This document shows, piece by piece, positions 51,361 through 64,000 of a stretch of DNA of 64,000 nt. The notes beneath the pieces were generated by a model. The model saw only the letters and a list, made by a program, of their open reading frames with translations. It had not been told where the DNA came from and ran no database searches. The stretch is from positions 5,704,001-5,768,000 of the forward strand of contig OZ365115.1 of the NCBI GenBank assembly GCA_977030845.1, given 5' to 3'. Position 1 is the stretch's first letter. The number at the start of each line of letters is the position of its first letter. Made by a program: the position numbers and the translations under genes. This DNA is from Fimbriosthenelais zetlandica (taxonomy: Eukaryota).

Positions 51361-54300
51361 CCCCGGTGGACGGAAGGAGAGACAAGGTCAGGTGGTTTGA
51401 GACACTCAGGCAGCTGGAGGCGGTGGTTCGTGAAATATCATGTAGGTGACGCTTGGTGGTGGGGCTTGTGGTCATGTGATCGTGTCCAGAATATTCAGGC
51501 TGATTTGCCTGCAAAGCTTAAGGTCCAGGATGGGGTATATTTATATAGAGGAGGATTGGAAAGTATATAGATGCGCATAAGACTTTTGGGTCAAAGCATT
51601 CCAATAGGTCACTTCTCCATATAATACTATATGGAAGAACTTGTTCCCTCCTCTAAGACCTAAACTCATGAATCCAGACTGAAAGCTTACACGATGAAGT
51701 CTGCCTAGTGTCATGTGACAAAGCCAGGAAAGGAACTAGAAAAGAACTGGCTTAACTTAGACTTTCCCCTCCACGCATCCCTCATCCCTCACACTTCGTC
51801 ATCCTCCTCTGTCTTCCTCTCTACAATGATTTTCTCTAATTTGGAGGAAGAAACTTCAGGAGAGACGAAGAGAACCCCCTCGTGGAAAAAAAACCCTCGC
51901 TTCAATGCGGCTAGACATTTGAATACAATGGAATTATCGGAATTCCGCCGTGGTAATGGTGTTGTGAAATGTTCTGAGAAAAATACCACTGCCTTGTATA
52001 ATCATATTTTGAACCGAGATGACGAAGGCACGATATCTCTTCATTTTATCCATCTAAGTTTCGGAGGGTTTTCTTGCTCTATCATAGTGGTGTAGTGGGT
52101 CCTTTGGGAACTTGGATATTATGGACATATTAGGCTCGGGAAAACTAGCAGCTTTCATCTCAACCTTGAAAGTGTTTTTCCTCTGATAAGAGGAACAGGC
52201 AACGGCAGATAGAAGGGAAAGCAGCGCGACATTGGACCTAGATCTCCCATCTGTTGCCAAGGGGGCACTCATATGGTCGCCATTTTTGGCCAGAGTGATG
52301 CCCTTTGATTCCCAAAACGTGAAAGAAAGTTTAATGAGAAAATTGTCCCTTAGATTCTTATTTGACGGAGAAACTTAATTATCACAATGACAGAAGTAGA
52401 CTGTCACATCCTGTCACGCATCTGTGACCTATCTCAGGGAGTCTTCCCCTCCTGGTGACAGGCCGAGCAACTAGAGAGTATCTCACTGTTCTGTAGATCT
52501 CAACGGCTGCTAAGATGTACATACATCTTCTTCTACTCGATTGAAGTGACGGGAGAACGTGGGCTAAAAGGCCATTCAACTGTCCCTCTACTTGGGCACA
52601 TACATTATCTCTCCCATCATGATATACATAGCCTCTGATCTTATCTGAAGCACTGTAAAGTAACCCTTAATATGGGATAATCACAGGCAATGTAACTGTG
52701 GATATCCCATACTATTGTAGTATGGTATATCTCTTAATCTAAGTACATTTGTAGACTATACTTTATGTTTGGGTCTATAACCCCCTATCATTTCCTGATT
52801 TCACACCTGCCTATGCTGACCCTTTCTCTAATATGCATGACAATTCCTCTCGCCTGCTAAGTATAATATGGAATATGATGTATCATATCCAGCATGCGCC
52901 TTACATTCAGCATGCTACACCTGCATCTTAGCATGCGATCATTTGCTGCTTTGTATGTATGCACACACAGTATTGTGTACCTCGTAATACTCGTGTTTCT
53001 ATGCATATTATAATGTTGAAGACGGGTCAAATGATGGAGCATATGTACACTATGTACACAGGTGTTCAGGATATGCATGGTGCGATGTACACACGCCTGT
53101 ATGTATATGCAATATGTTGATTTATGTTTACTTCATAGTCCATATATACATGTATACCTATCCATCGTCCATGTGAATAGATGGGTGGGTGTCTCTGTGG
53201 GGGGACATCATGGCCTGCACCAGGCGGCCAATTTCTGTACTACAGAAAGGCGCCATTTGGGGGGTGGTTTATCCAACAATTGCAAAGGGTTTATTATTCT
53301 ACGTTCGTTATTAGATATAATTGTATTTAATGTGCATACAGTTTTCCCCCATAATTATCAATTTGTACACAGTTTGTCTTTGCATATATAGCCTACTCAG
53401 TGGGCTTTAAAATAATGACGGAAAAGGCAATTCGGGGGTGTTTTTCCCCCTGCATAAGTAGTACTGTTGTCTGCAACAAATTCAGGGCCTGAGATTTCGG
53501 AAATTAAAACAGGACAATTCCCTTTGAAGCCGAGGCAACATATATTGCTTGTAGATATGGCAAGCAAGCAGAAAACAAAATAAAAATTTACAAATGGTTT
53601 GCCTGGCGTGGTGGCACTATGGCTTTGGAAGGCCCTGCCATTGTTCTACGCCAGCCATCATTTCATATCAGTAAAGAGCATGACATGGCTTATAGCGACC
53701 ACCCCGAGCATTAATATAGGGCAGGCCGCCTATGGCAGTCGAGGTGCCATATACTGGGCTTTAATCTCAGTGTGGGGTCATATTGTAGGCCTCGTGTGAG
53801 CGGTGGGTGGTTGGTGGTGGTTGGGGTGCTCTGAAAATACACTGTTAAAACTCAATATATCTGGAAATCGAATGGGAGAACAGACCAAAAATGCAAAGGG
53901 AAAATCCACCAGAAATGAAAGTGGGTGGATCAATCCATGATAATCTTGGTTCAAAATCCAATGTTACTTTCCTTTATCCAGTGAATTGTAATTTCGATGG
54001 GCAAAGGATTTATAAGCAGACATTTGTGACAGTGCAGGACTGGTGGCAGAGTGGTAGTATGGCGTAGGTGAGGGCAGTCTATCGTTTGCTGTGGTGAATG
54101 ATATCTTCCATACATTCACTGGCTGGCAGATGTAAGGGTAAAGATTAATTCACTTGTAACCAGCATCAGATAACGACATTGTTTGCTTATATTAATAAAG
54201 TCCTTGTCAAACTGTATTGATAAGACCTGATTACATGAGATGCAATCACGATTGGCAATCGGTGTCTGATATAGATTCCATATCCATGGTTATATGAATA

Positions 54301-56403
54301 TTTTTCATCCGAAATTAAGAGTTATTTTAAGTGCGTTAACTCAACTATGGAATAAACCGTAATCCATCACAGAAAGCATTTACCATTGAAGATTGTGAAT
54401 AATAGCCTCGGTGGCTGCTGCCATAATAATCAATGTGGTCCGAGCTGTAGGTGTAGGTCTCATAAATATGGCTTTTTACAGTCCATGTCACATAGGGGGG
54501 CTAGAGAAACATAAAGGCTGGCTTAGATGGATTACATAGAAGCAAATTGCTTAAAACACGGCCTGAAGTCTTTGGTCAGTTGTTCAGTTACAGCTGAACG
54601 CATTGGTCACCCAACTGAACAGATTCATAGTAGTCAATGAATTATATGCCATTTTAATGTAACCTTTTTACCCCTTGATCCTCTCATCACCCCATTGATT
54701 CTTCCCTCCCAATCCCACCCCTCCCTATACATTTCCCTACCCACTGCTTTCCCACCCCAAACCCCCACCCCTTTGATATGCAATAACTGAGATGCACATC
54801 TGTATCATTGTGGCATACCCCTATACTAGATGTCAGAAGTGAAGCCTGAGTATGTGAATGTGGTGGGTTTTGGAGGCCAGCAGGTGTTTCCCTTACCTCC
54901 CCATCATTGTGATATTTGTACCTCCTCTCTCTGACCACCTGAGCCTGGGTAATTAGTCTGACAAATGTCACCGATATGCAGCACAAATGTCACTGCACTA
55001 ACCCACCAGCACTGCCTCCCATCACTCACTACCTGCTCACCACCAAAAAAGACACATGACTAGAGTCAGTAATGACTTGATTAGTCTGCTTTAATTGTTT
55101 AATTTGTTTCTTTATGAGGATGTGGGGGTATAATAGGCCCGACTCTAGTGTCCACAGGGAATTTCCTTCTTTAGGAAAAAATGCCACATCCGCTTCCACA
55201 TTCCCTCATCTCATGGGATTGCGATCATTCCATGAGCGTTTTTACAAGAGTGTTTTATACCATTCTCATTCATTCTCTGCAAATGATACCTTAATACCTG
55301 TGATTCGAATTACATTCATCCATATATTTCACTCACTAGATCGTGCTATTGTGGCAATACTATAGACAGACCATTTCATGTTCAGCGGACATGCAGAAAT
55401 ACAGTTTTGTAACAATGATAATATTATGCGTGACAAAAGGTGTGATTTGACCATTGTTATTTTTTTAGGCTCAGGCCGGTACCCCACAGCCCCATGTTCT
55501 AAGGCCCAGCTCACATTATTTGAATGGCAACAAAATGATGGCTTGAGGTCAAAAGGATACCCTGGAGGGAGTGTGATAAATGCATGGCTAGTGCGATATG
55601 GCACACAAGTAATCAGTGTCTAGAGCAATGTTTTAACAGCCTCACACTGTAGCATGGGAAAGAAATGACAAGGTCCGGCCACCCAACATTCCTCCTAAAT
55701 ACAGCCAGCACAATTGTCAGAGTATTATGAATACAGCACCTCTCAACTATATTATATAGTTATATGTACAAGCACCATCTCCCCCCGCTTACTATGCCGC
55801 ATGTCCCACCACGAGCAAATTTACCTTTGATATGTTATTAAATTTCTGAGAGAATCATCATGCCTATATACAAAGCATAGAATGTAATCCTTTGTTCAGC
55901 AGACAGGTCTGGCGTGGTCTAATTGCATTTGCGCCATTTTTAGTTTTTCCCCTAATGCTTCCCTACATTTCGTGACTGGGACTGCATAGAGAAATCTGAA
56001 TGGAAGAAACGGGAATAGAGTATGAAAAATCATAAGGCAAAGCTCTGAATTCATTAGTGATCTCTAATGATGGACACATGGTAATGGATCTGTTATCAAT
56101 ATTGATTCGTGTCTTGGAACAGTCAGAGCATTAGGACTCTGTTCACCTGTAAAAAGAAGTCACATAGCTTTCCTGTCTCGGCTCGGTGTGCTGACACGCC
56201 CAGAGCAAGACTCATGTTAATCTCATGTCGTCAAATATTTGATCCAGATCACTTAGATCCCATTTCAGACAGTTTACTGATTTGAAATGTCAGTCTTTTG
56301 GACTCGGGACTAACAAACAGCATAAATATACCATATTGCATTGACCTTTCCACATTTTTCTTATCTATTAAGCATGCCAAACATAGTCCTTATACATTAT
56401 TAA

Positions 56404-56472
56404 CCCCTTTCCGCCTGGTACAGGTTTGATGGATGCTGTATGGTAATTAGCCACAGTCAATGAAGTAGGGGG
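56404..56472. mobile_element. Tiny piggyBac-like MITE relic
   Basis: TTAA|CCCCTTT ... TAGGGGG|TTAA: TTAA flanks with CCC/GGG termini, but very short TIRs. Confidence 0.35.
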
Positions 56473-57534
56473 TTAATTAAGGATCACATACTTTCTTTGC
56501 CACCCTGACAGGCAGGGCAAGCTTCATCTTGCCAATTATGGGAAGTAGTTTGCTTCTGAAAGCGATCGCAGATCCCTATATTCAGAGCACAGATTGTTTA
56601 TGACGTGTATGTAGATGTCTTGTGAATTGGCTATGACGTTTGCTTGACCTATGGCTGATTGGTTGGGGCAGTTGCAGCTTCCTAGAGTACGAGGTCCTGC
56701 AACTCACGAGCTGTGACTCGTGTTAGGCATGAGGAATTATATGACACCTACACCTGCATTATGTAGCTGCAATGCGAGATGCATCTATTCTGTGTTAAAA
56801 CAAGGAACACAATATATATGTTCTGGATTACATCCATACTTGTCACAGGCTTTTCAAATGAAAAAAGTACGAAATACCATTTATATAGTATAAGAAGGGT
56901 GATATATATAATCGATTCATGGTAGGCCCATCCCTGATTGTCAATTGCCATTTTACGACTTCAGACTTAAAGTTCCATCCTTGACGACTTAATCTATAAT
57001 GTCTTCAGACAGCGTAATAAACTAACGTAATTTGACAACCTCAATGTTACTGATGACTGAAATTTACTGACAAAAATGATGGCATATTTCATCTATACTG
57101 CAGCATCTTCACCTGCCTTAAATCGCTTTAATAACACCTTTTGATTGAACCCCTTTTAAAATGAAACAAGAGGTTAATGAAGGTCTTAAGCATTTTGAGC
57201 AGAGGTTGCCATAGAATGTAAATGAGTCAATTAAGATTCACTATAAGATTCACAATTAAGTTTCACTATAATCAACGTTAAAATATTTGGTTGACTTTCA
57301 CCTGAATTCAGAGCCATGGCTTTGAAACATACCTTTGAATGCCTATTTTTGGCTGACATTTTTAGCTGACATTTTTAACCGTGAATTTCAATTCATCTGA
57401 TTCATTTTTCACCCTATATGAAATCAATATGTTAGAAAGCAAAAGCTAGCAAGACCAGAATAGGCCTACTGCAGCCTGGGGGCAGTGTTCTGAGAGGAAG
57501 TTGCCTCGCCTGCCTGTACCTTCTCCTTTAACAG

Positions 57535-57548
57535 ACAATGACGGAAAG
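57535..57548 (+). other. Candidate 14-nt microexon
   Basis: CCTGTACCTTCTCCTTTAACAG|ACAATGACGGAAAG|GTAAGA has a strong acceptor and donor; a second strong acceptor follows at 57637-57638. Confidence 0.3.
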
Positions 57549-58996
57549 GTAAGAGGAGCACCTCACCTGTCTTATGCTGGAGCACCTCAACTGTCTCCCA
57601 CTGGCCCTTCCTTCCTTTGATCTCCCCACGCCCCACAGGAGAGGTCACATGCCCTTTCCCATCTAACAAACCATCCTCACCACCAGAAATAATATTGCTA
57701 TACAAATGGGGGAAATGCTAATAATAGATCCCCCAGGGACGTCTATAGACCCACCCAGGCAAGGTCATTTGTGAGGGATGAGGTCACTTTGCAATATTTT
57801 GTATTTCTTTATCCTCTCAGGCTGTACAAAAAGCACTAACAATTTCCTGGTTTTTCTGTCTTTCTGTGCATCCCCCATTTCTCATGTATCCATTCCCTTC
57901 ATCAGGGTCCAGTCTCTGACTGGATCGAGTTAAGTGAAATGGACCTGCACATCTCATTATTGGATTGGACCGAGTCCATAGGTTTTTTCCCTATAAATAT
58001 TAGTCGGTGCCCAAACTAATTTGGATACTGCCAATATTTTGGTAGAATAAGCTCTCATAAAAACCTTTCCCATAAATCACGAACCGGGGAGTCCAAATCA
58101 CGTTGTCTGGACACACTAGTCCTATTAAATTTTGTATCAATATAATAGGATGAAACTGTGCAAGTCACAATTGAATACACTTACCCACAGAAGCTTGTCA
58201 ATGTTCACAATTGATTACTACACACTGTGGCCTGGATGGGGCCTGTATGTAAGGGCTATGAGTACTTTACTTGGTGCTTGTACGACCCACTTCCCTACTC
58301 ACCATACCAGTACGGTGGTGGCCTTGACCATGCTGTTAATCATATTGTTGACCTCCCAGGACGGCGGTGGCCATTATTAGCCTGACCCAATGCTCCCTCA
58401 CTCAAATGGCTATAAAAAAGCGCCTGCTAAATTTCCACATGTCGAGTTAGGGGACCTAGGCACGCTATATGGGTTCCTACACATGACTGCCAAGGTTCTG
58501 TCTGCTATAGGACCCTGATCACGTTCTGATCATAATATTATGATGTACTATTGCCATAGCTATTTTAATGTCCTGGCTTTGTTTAAAATGTCTTGGCCAT
58601 CTCCTCACCTGACCTCTAGTCTTAAAGGGGCAGGTCAGTCTCTCACATCTTGCTTTCATTCCAACAAATACCTGGGCGTCTATTCTTTGAACTTTTCAAC
58701 CTTCCCCATAGTTTATTAAAAGTGACTGTCCTTTCAGCGTTCATTGCCTTGCCCCACTATTCCAGCAACAATGCAGCATAATCCACCAGGGGCGATTCTT
58801 TCTCACGGAACAACCAGCTACATACTTTTTGTGTGCTGTCTGTCCTACATTGAATCCCAGTCGCATTGTAACCGTCCCTCAAGTCCTCTCAACTTCCCGT
58901 TAACCCCTTCTCACCCTTCCATAAGCCTCAAGGAGAATATCCCACCCTCTTGCATGTCTGACTTTCGTATGCCATTGACCTTCGTACATCCTACAG

Positions 58997-59191
58997 TCCT
59001 ACTTCAGAGCCTTGGTGCCAGCAAACCACATCATGGATACAGGCTTCTTAAGGCTTCGGGAAAGTGATGTGAATGGAGAAATGGCTGCTCTTCCCGTGTA
59101 TCTTATGTTTGACTGCTGTGATTTCTCAAAAGAATTATTGACCAACAAGATCCATTTCTTTCTGATTGATTCGTTTAAGATCTGGATATAG
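58997..59191 (+). CDS. Candidate exon, unknown product
   Basis: Acceptor CATCCTACAG|, then 64 open codons SYFRALVPANHIMDTGFLRLRESDVNGEMAALPVYLMFDCCDFSKELLTNKIHFFLIDSFKIWI*. The frame is closed by a stop six codons upstream of the acceptor. Confidence 0.25.
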   Translation, partial: SYFRALVPANHIMDTGFLRLRESDVNGEMAALPVYLMFDCCDFSKELLTNKIHFFLIDSFKIWI

Positions 59192-62100
59192 CTGGGCAGG
59201 CACTGAGATACATTTGTATAGCCAAATACAACCATAATTCATTGTGTCCAGTTCACATATATTTGACCACTATAACATAATATACGTATTCAGGGTTTAG
59301 ATCTGGTGCCAAGCTCCTAGATCAGGATTATAGAAATGAGTTGAAAGCTCAGGAAGCTTGGCCTGGCTCAGGAAGTCTGGTCATCCTATCCTTTCCTCCC
59401 CTTTGTTAACACCTCTGAATCATGCCTTCTCTTATTCCAACATAATATAATGATTCCTTCTCTCTCAGTCCATGCATCCTCATTGTACTGATATTAATGA
59501 TTTTTGCCTCTAGCTAAGACTTGACGCCAGTTGTTGATGTGGCTCATGGTTTTTCTGCTGCCTAATGAAAGTATAATGTCATTAGTATGTATTACAATAA
59601 GCCTTAAGGCTTCCTTAAAGTATTGCTTGGCGTCTTCACAGGAAAATTAGTGAGAAAAACCGTACACATAACATGGCTTTGGACAAATCCTTCCCAGTAG
59701 TTAAACACATGGGGCACCCCGCCTCGTGTCTCTGTCTAATGAATTCTGTAAAATGTCTAACCCGCTCCATCCAAGTGCCTTATAAATTATGCTTCACAAT
59801 AAAAGGGACTCAACATTTTTCACAATGGATGGCAGGCTGCTTTCCCCACCAGTGACACCCTAGTGTTCCTTCTATGCTGCTCGACCAGTTTCAACCCGGA
59901 TTGCTGTAAAGCCATATCATCGCACTGCTCGCTTTTATGTCATCCTCGTTTTAGTCACCCGTGATTTATAGCATTGCCCTTTGCTTGCCTTTTGGCCATG
60001 ATTAAAATTGATATTTCCCTCATGCCACTTTCCACCATGATGAATGGGCGAGTGTTTCATTCTCCTTCCCAGCTGGACAATTATCACTGATGCTATACTG
60101 CCTACATCCCCGGGTCCCTTGGAGTAGGCTCTATTTTATTGTTCTTTTCGATGACATATCACCTCCTCACATTTTTTGTTCACGACCCTGTTTTCAATTG
60201 TATCCAAGGACATACATACCATACTTTTTACTGGTAGCCGCAATATTTTGTACATGAAAACAACGGCTCTAGCTTCAGACAGTAATGTATACTATGGGGT
60301 TTTAAGATTCCTGCAATCATCTCAATCAATGTAATATCTGATACATATAGGCCACTTCATTCTATTTCAATGGCATTAAATTAAACATTCCTAAAAAAAG
60401 CTTTCAGCATATTTTACATAAAATGCCAGACTCTTCCCATCAACTGCCTTTTTTGTCAAAGCCACACTTTAGGCAATTCCCTTGTTGGGCCATTATTAAT
60501 AAAACCACTGCCTATTCCCCTCTGATTTTCATGCCAGCAGGCCTATGGTGTGGTGGCCACGGTAGTGGTGGTGGTAGTACCATGTTTAAATTGGTAACTA
60601 TGGAAAATGAGGGGTAGATGGATAGCCTGGAGGTAGCGATCCGTTACTAAGTGAGTATACTGCTATACTCATGATACAGAGGGGCTCGATGGTGGCCAGG
60701 CTTTTATTAGGCATATATCACGTAGCCTGATCATAGAAGAAATCACAGGGGTATTGGCCCAGCACCCCGAGTACTCCGCCCCTCCAAGGCCAGCTAGAAA
60801 GTTTACATACACATAGTTGACATTTAACATCATATGCTCGTATGACTAATCATATTATAACCTCCAACACCCATGTGATTGAGGTTTAGACCCTGTTAGA
60901 AATGGCGAGGGCAATTTAAGCGAAGGAGAGTAATGTGAATGCATAAGGCAGAGGATATTTTACCTTATTTTAGGTGTCGTACGGGCCTCACAGCTATGTC
61001 AAAGTATTGAAGATCGGCAGAAGAGTTATACTGTACCGGTCAAGTATAGGAAGACGTAGGAATAAAATATCAGGTCATTGTCCCCAGAGTGTTGGTCACT
61101 TTGGTTCCGCCCTTTTCTTCGCCCATGTCACTGATGCAGCGCGAAGCATGGATGAAACGCACGCTTTTCATGGATTGCTTTGAACAGGACATGATGATGA
61201 TAAGGGTTGTTATCAGACTAAAAGCTGAACAACTATTGCTGCCTGCTCCTCAGGGCCTGCACCTGTGTAAGAGTAGGTCTAATGGAGGATGAAAAGTGGT
61301 AAACAAAGCCCTAGGACGTGTTGAAATCCCTCGGGTATTTGGATTTACACAAGTCAGCTAACAAGACCAAGATAGAGCTGTAGCTGCGGGCACTGGGTGG
61401 AATTCTCATGAATACCTGCGTCATCAAACAAAGACCTCACAAACATCATCTTTATAACACGCTTTTCCTGGCCCTGCACTCCCTGCTTAGCTCTCAGCTA
61501 TCTGCCCGAGGCTGAGATAATCTGCAATGATTTACCTCAGCCTATATATTTAGCCTCTCTGTCTTATGTAGATGGGACCCAGCCGTGACTGGTTTTACCA
61601 TATAAGAGAAATGTATATGGCTCGACCACGTAGTCAGGATGAAAAACGAGTCTGAGGCACAGGGCCAGGGAAGGATAGACCACGGGATCAGGAGAAGGGA
61701 AGGGTGAACCAGCGGAAGAAGATGATGAAGAAAAGAAATGGTAGAAAAAAAGTATGTTGATTTGAAGGCCGAAGCTGGTAATCAGAATAGAAGCAGGGTA
61801 ACTACACTGGGAAGATGGGAAAGGGATAAAGAAGGCGGAAGGAGTAAATATAGAAACCACAGGGGATCCTGTTCCCATAAGAAAATCAGGGAATTCATGG
61901 TTAATGCCTGAGGCCCTCTGGCATGGGGAGTGGAAAATGCAGTTCAAGAACTTCGACAATTGGAGATAAAGCAACCCTGGAGGAATTCTATTATCTTCTT
62001 ATAAGATTAACATCAGATCAGATTGTAAAGGTATCCTGGGGAGCAGGAGTTGGGGATGCTAAATCAAACCTATTCTAATTTCTGAATCATAATGGAAAAG

Positions 62101-64000
62101 CCATGTCTTTAGATCCCCCTCGGGTTCCCTGTGATCCTATGAATATGTCATTAACATATAATTTTCAGATTAACAGACATCCACATGATAGAACACTGCT
62201 AAAACCAAAATGGCCTATACCCGAGCCTGAAGGCTGCATGTGCAAATCAGCTTCGAAAGCTTGGATTTCTGAGTGTTCTTAAAGCAAACCTTAAAGCTAA
62301 ATGAAGTCAAAAGTAATCAAACTCTTTTGAAAGCCTTGAATAAGGAATCCTGCCTGGTAAGCTTCCCTAAGAAACCTCTGATTGGGAAGCATCCGTCTCC
62401 CTGAGGATTCTAATCCAATCAAGGTCTGGTGGACGTCATGATGCATTACGTCTGCCATAGAGATCTTCAAAACGTCAGCTTCTGAATGACAACCCCGTGA
62501 CGTTAGCCTTTTCTTCCATCTGATGAAAGATGCAAATGTCTAAATGGTGGAACAGAGTCGCTCTACTGCTGATGTTAGCCTTGGAAGGTTTATCCTTGCT
62601 GATCGAGCAATATATCAAAGTCGACATATAAATTCCATTATAGGAATATGTTTAAAAGCCACATTCATCCATGAGATTTAATGCACTCGGGCAATATATT
62701 TGTCCATAATTACTGAAGCCTTCCTGACATCAGAAATGTTCTGAATCCCATGTACTGACTATATGTCTGCCTGGTATGCCTATACATAGAAAAGCCATTC
62801 GTTATCATCATACTTTGTCATATCTCCATCATGGAAAAATGTGATTCTCCTCTGTGGGGAGATATGGCCTGGGAATTCATCCATCGTGGGTACAGACACA
62901 GCAGGTATTGAGAGGAGAATTTAGTGACTGGATCTCTTTCATGTATGTTGTCTTTCTGGATGATACCAGAGGCTAACTCTATGATCATGGAGGTTTGCAA
63001 TAAGGGTCTACTCCCTAACTGCACCCATTACCAGATGACGAGCCGCTTGTGTGATGATAAAGGGTTGCCAAGTTTTATCGATCAGTAACATGACTATGGC
63101 CTACTGGAGCCACTGCCCCTGAAAAGGTGTCTCCTTCACAATCCTGGAGGTACATTGTAACAACAAGGGACCAAGGAATCATCCCATGCTCACCCCTTAT
63201 CAATATACTGATAATCAAGACTATCAATATTTTCACATAGGCCTACATGTATCTTTCAATATGTTAAAATTTGTGCACACAGGATAAAGGATTATGCATG
63301 GGATTTTCTCTCTGTAAGGTCTAGCCAAGGGCTATTGTCCTATACAATGGCCGGGTGTCAGCGAGCATCATCTTGTCCTTTTTGCATGTTCATTGAGGCA
63401 TTGCTCCTGAATGAATTGGTGAATGGGTATGTGAGCTACTCGTGAACAGATTTGGCACAGGTTGCAGCTTTGAAGCTGAGGAGAAAGCAACTCTAATAAG
63501 TGTTGGTCGTGTCAGCCTGGAAAACGTGCCATAAAAATAGTACTGAACCATTGCCCAGATATTTCCCCTTTTGTATTGCAACGAAGCAGATGTCAGACAG
63601 CTCAGACCGGCTGGGGTGCACTTAATACTGAGTTGATACGACAGAGACACATTGTAAATGTAATACGTTGCAATGATATAAAAAAATGTCAAGAATATTC
63701 TATATATCTTGCCTAATAAAAAGGCAAGCTACAATTATTCACTTTGTAGCTAATGATGCCCCATGCCCATTCCCTGATTAACGAAATACTTAAATGTTCA
63801 TAGTGAATGAATTATTTATTACTTTTGGGATTTTTGAGCAGCAGTGCTTAGGTATACAAAGGTGAATTGAGGACGTTGAGAGATCATGTAAATATTCTCT
63901 GTATCACAAGATACGGCATACAGTATATATGTATATCCCTCGCTTTTTTGGCACTTTGATTATGAAGTGATATAGAAGGAGATTTTGAATATTATGCTGA

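Noticed and set aside
51715-52095. 126-aa ORF with VKCSEKNTTALYNHIL, reminiscent of a BED zinc finger
   Set aside because: Lacks the CxxC pair and conserved aromatic start of BED fingers, and no hAT transposase sequence is nearby.

Overview
Eukaryotic, AT-rich, mostly non-coding DNA (roughly 40% GC by eye, CpG-poor background). There are no prokaryote-style gene arrays, rRNA, intact tRNA genes or CRISPR arrays, and nearly all ORFs in the supplied track look like chance or repeat-derived frames. The repeat content (Meta-type tRNA SINEs, TIR MITEs) and many TAGGCCTA palindromes suggest a marine invertebrate, possibly an echinoderm; this is inference. The best gene signal is a minus-strand first coding exon at 40759-40932 (good ATG context, signal-peptide-like N-terminus, GAG|GTAAGT donor) for an unidentified secreted or membrane protein; its downstream exons could not be assembled. 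It faces a CpG-rich, promoter-motif-rich block (about 41.0-42.7 kb) and a candidate plus-strand first exon (42407-42544), a possible head-to-head pair. Other promoter or splice-signal clusters lie at 45.1, 48.2-49.3 and 50.8-52.3 kb. The rest is TE relics (CMC/EnSpm-like end, four Harbinger-like MITEs, two Meta-SINEs, LINE fragments, small MITEs), mini- and microsatellites, a perfect 36-bp palindrome and many exon-like but stop-interrupted segments that may be decayed genes. I found no convincing new biological system; the findings are leads, not discoveries.
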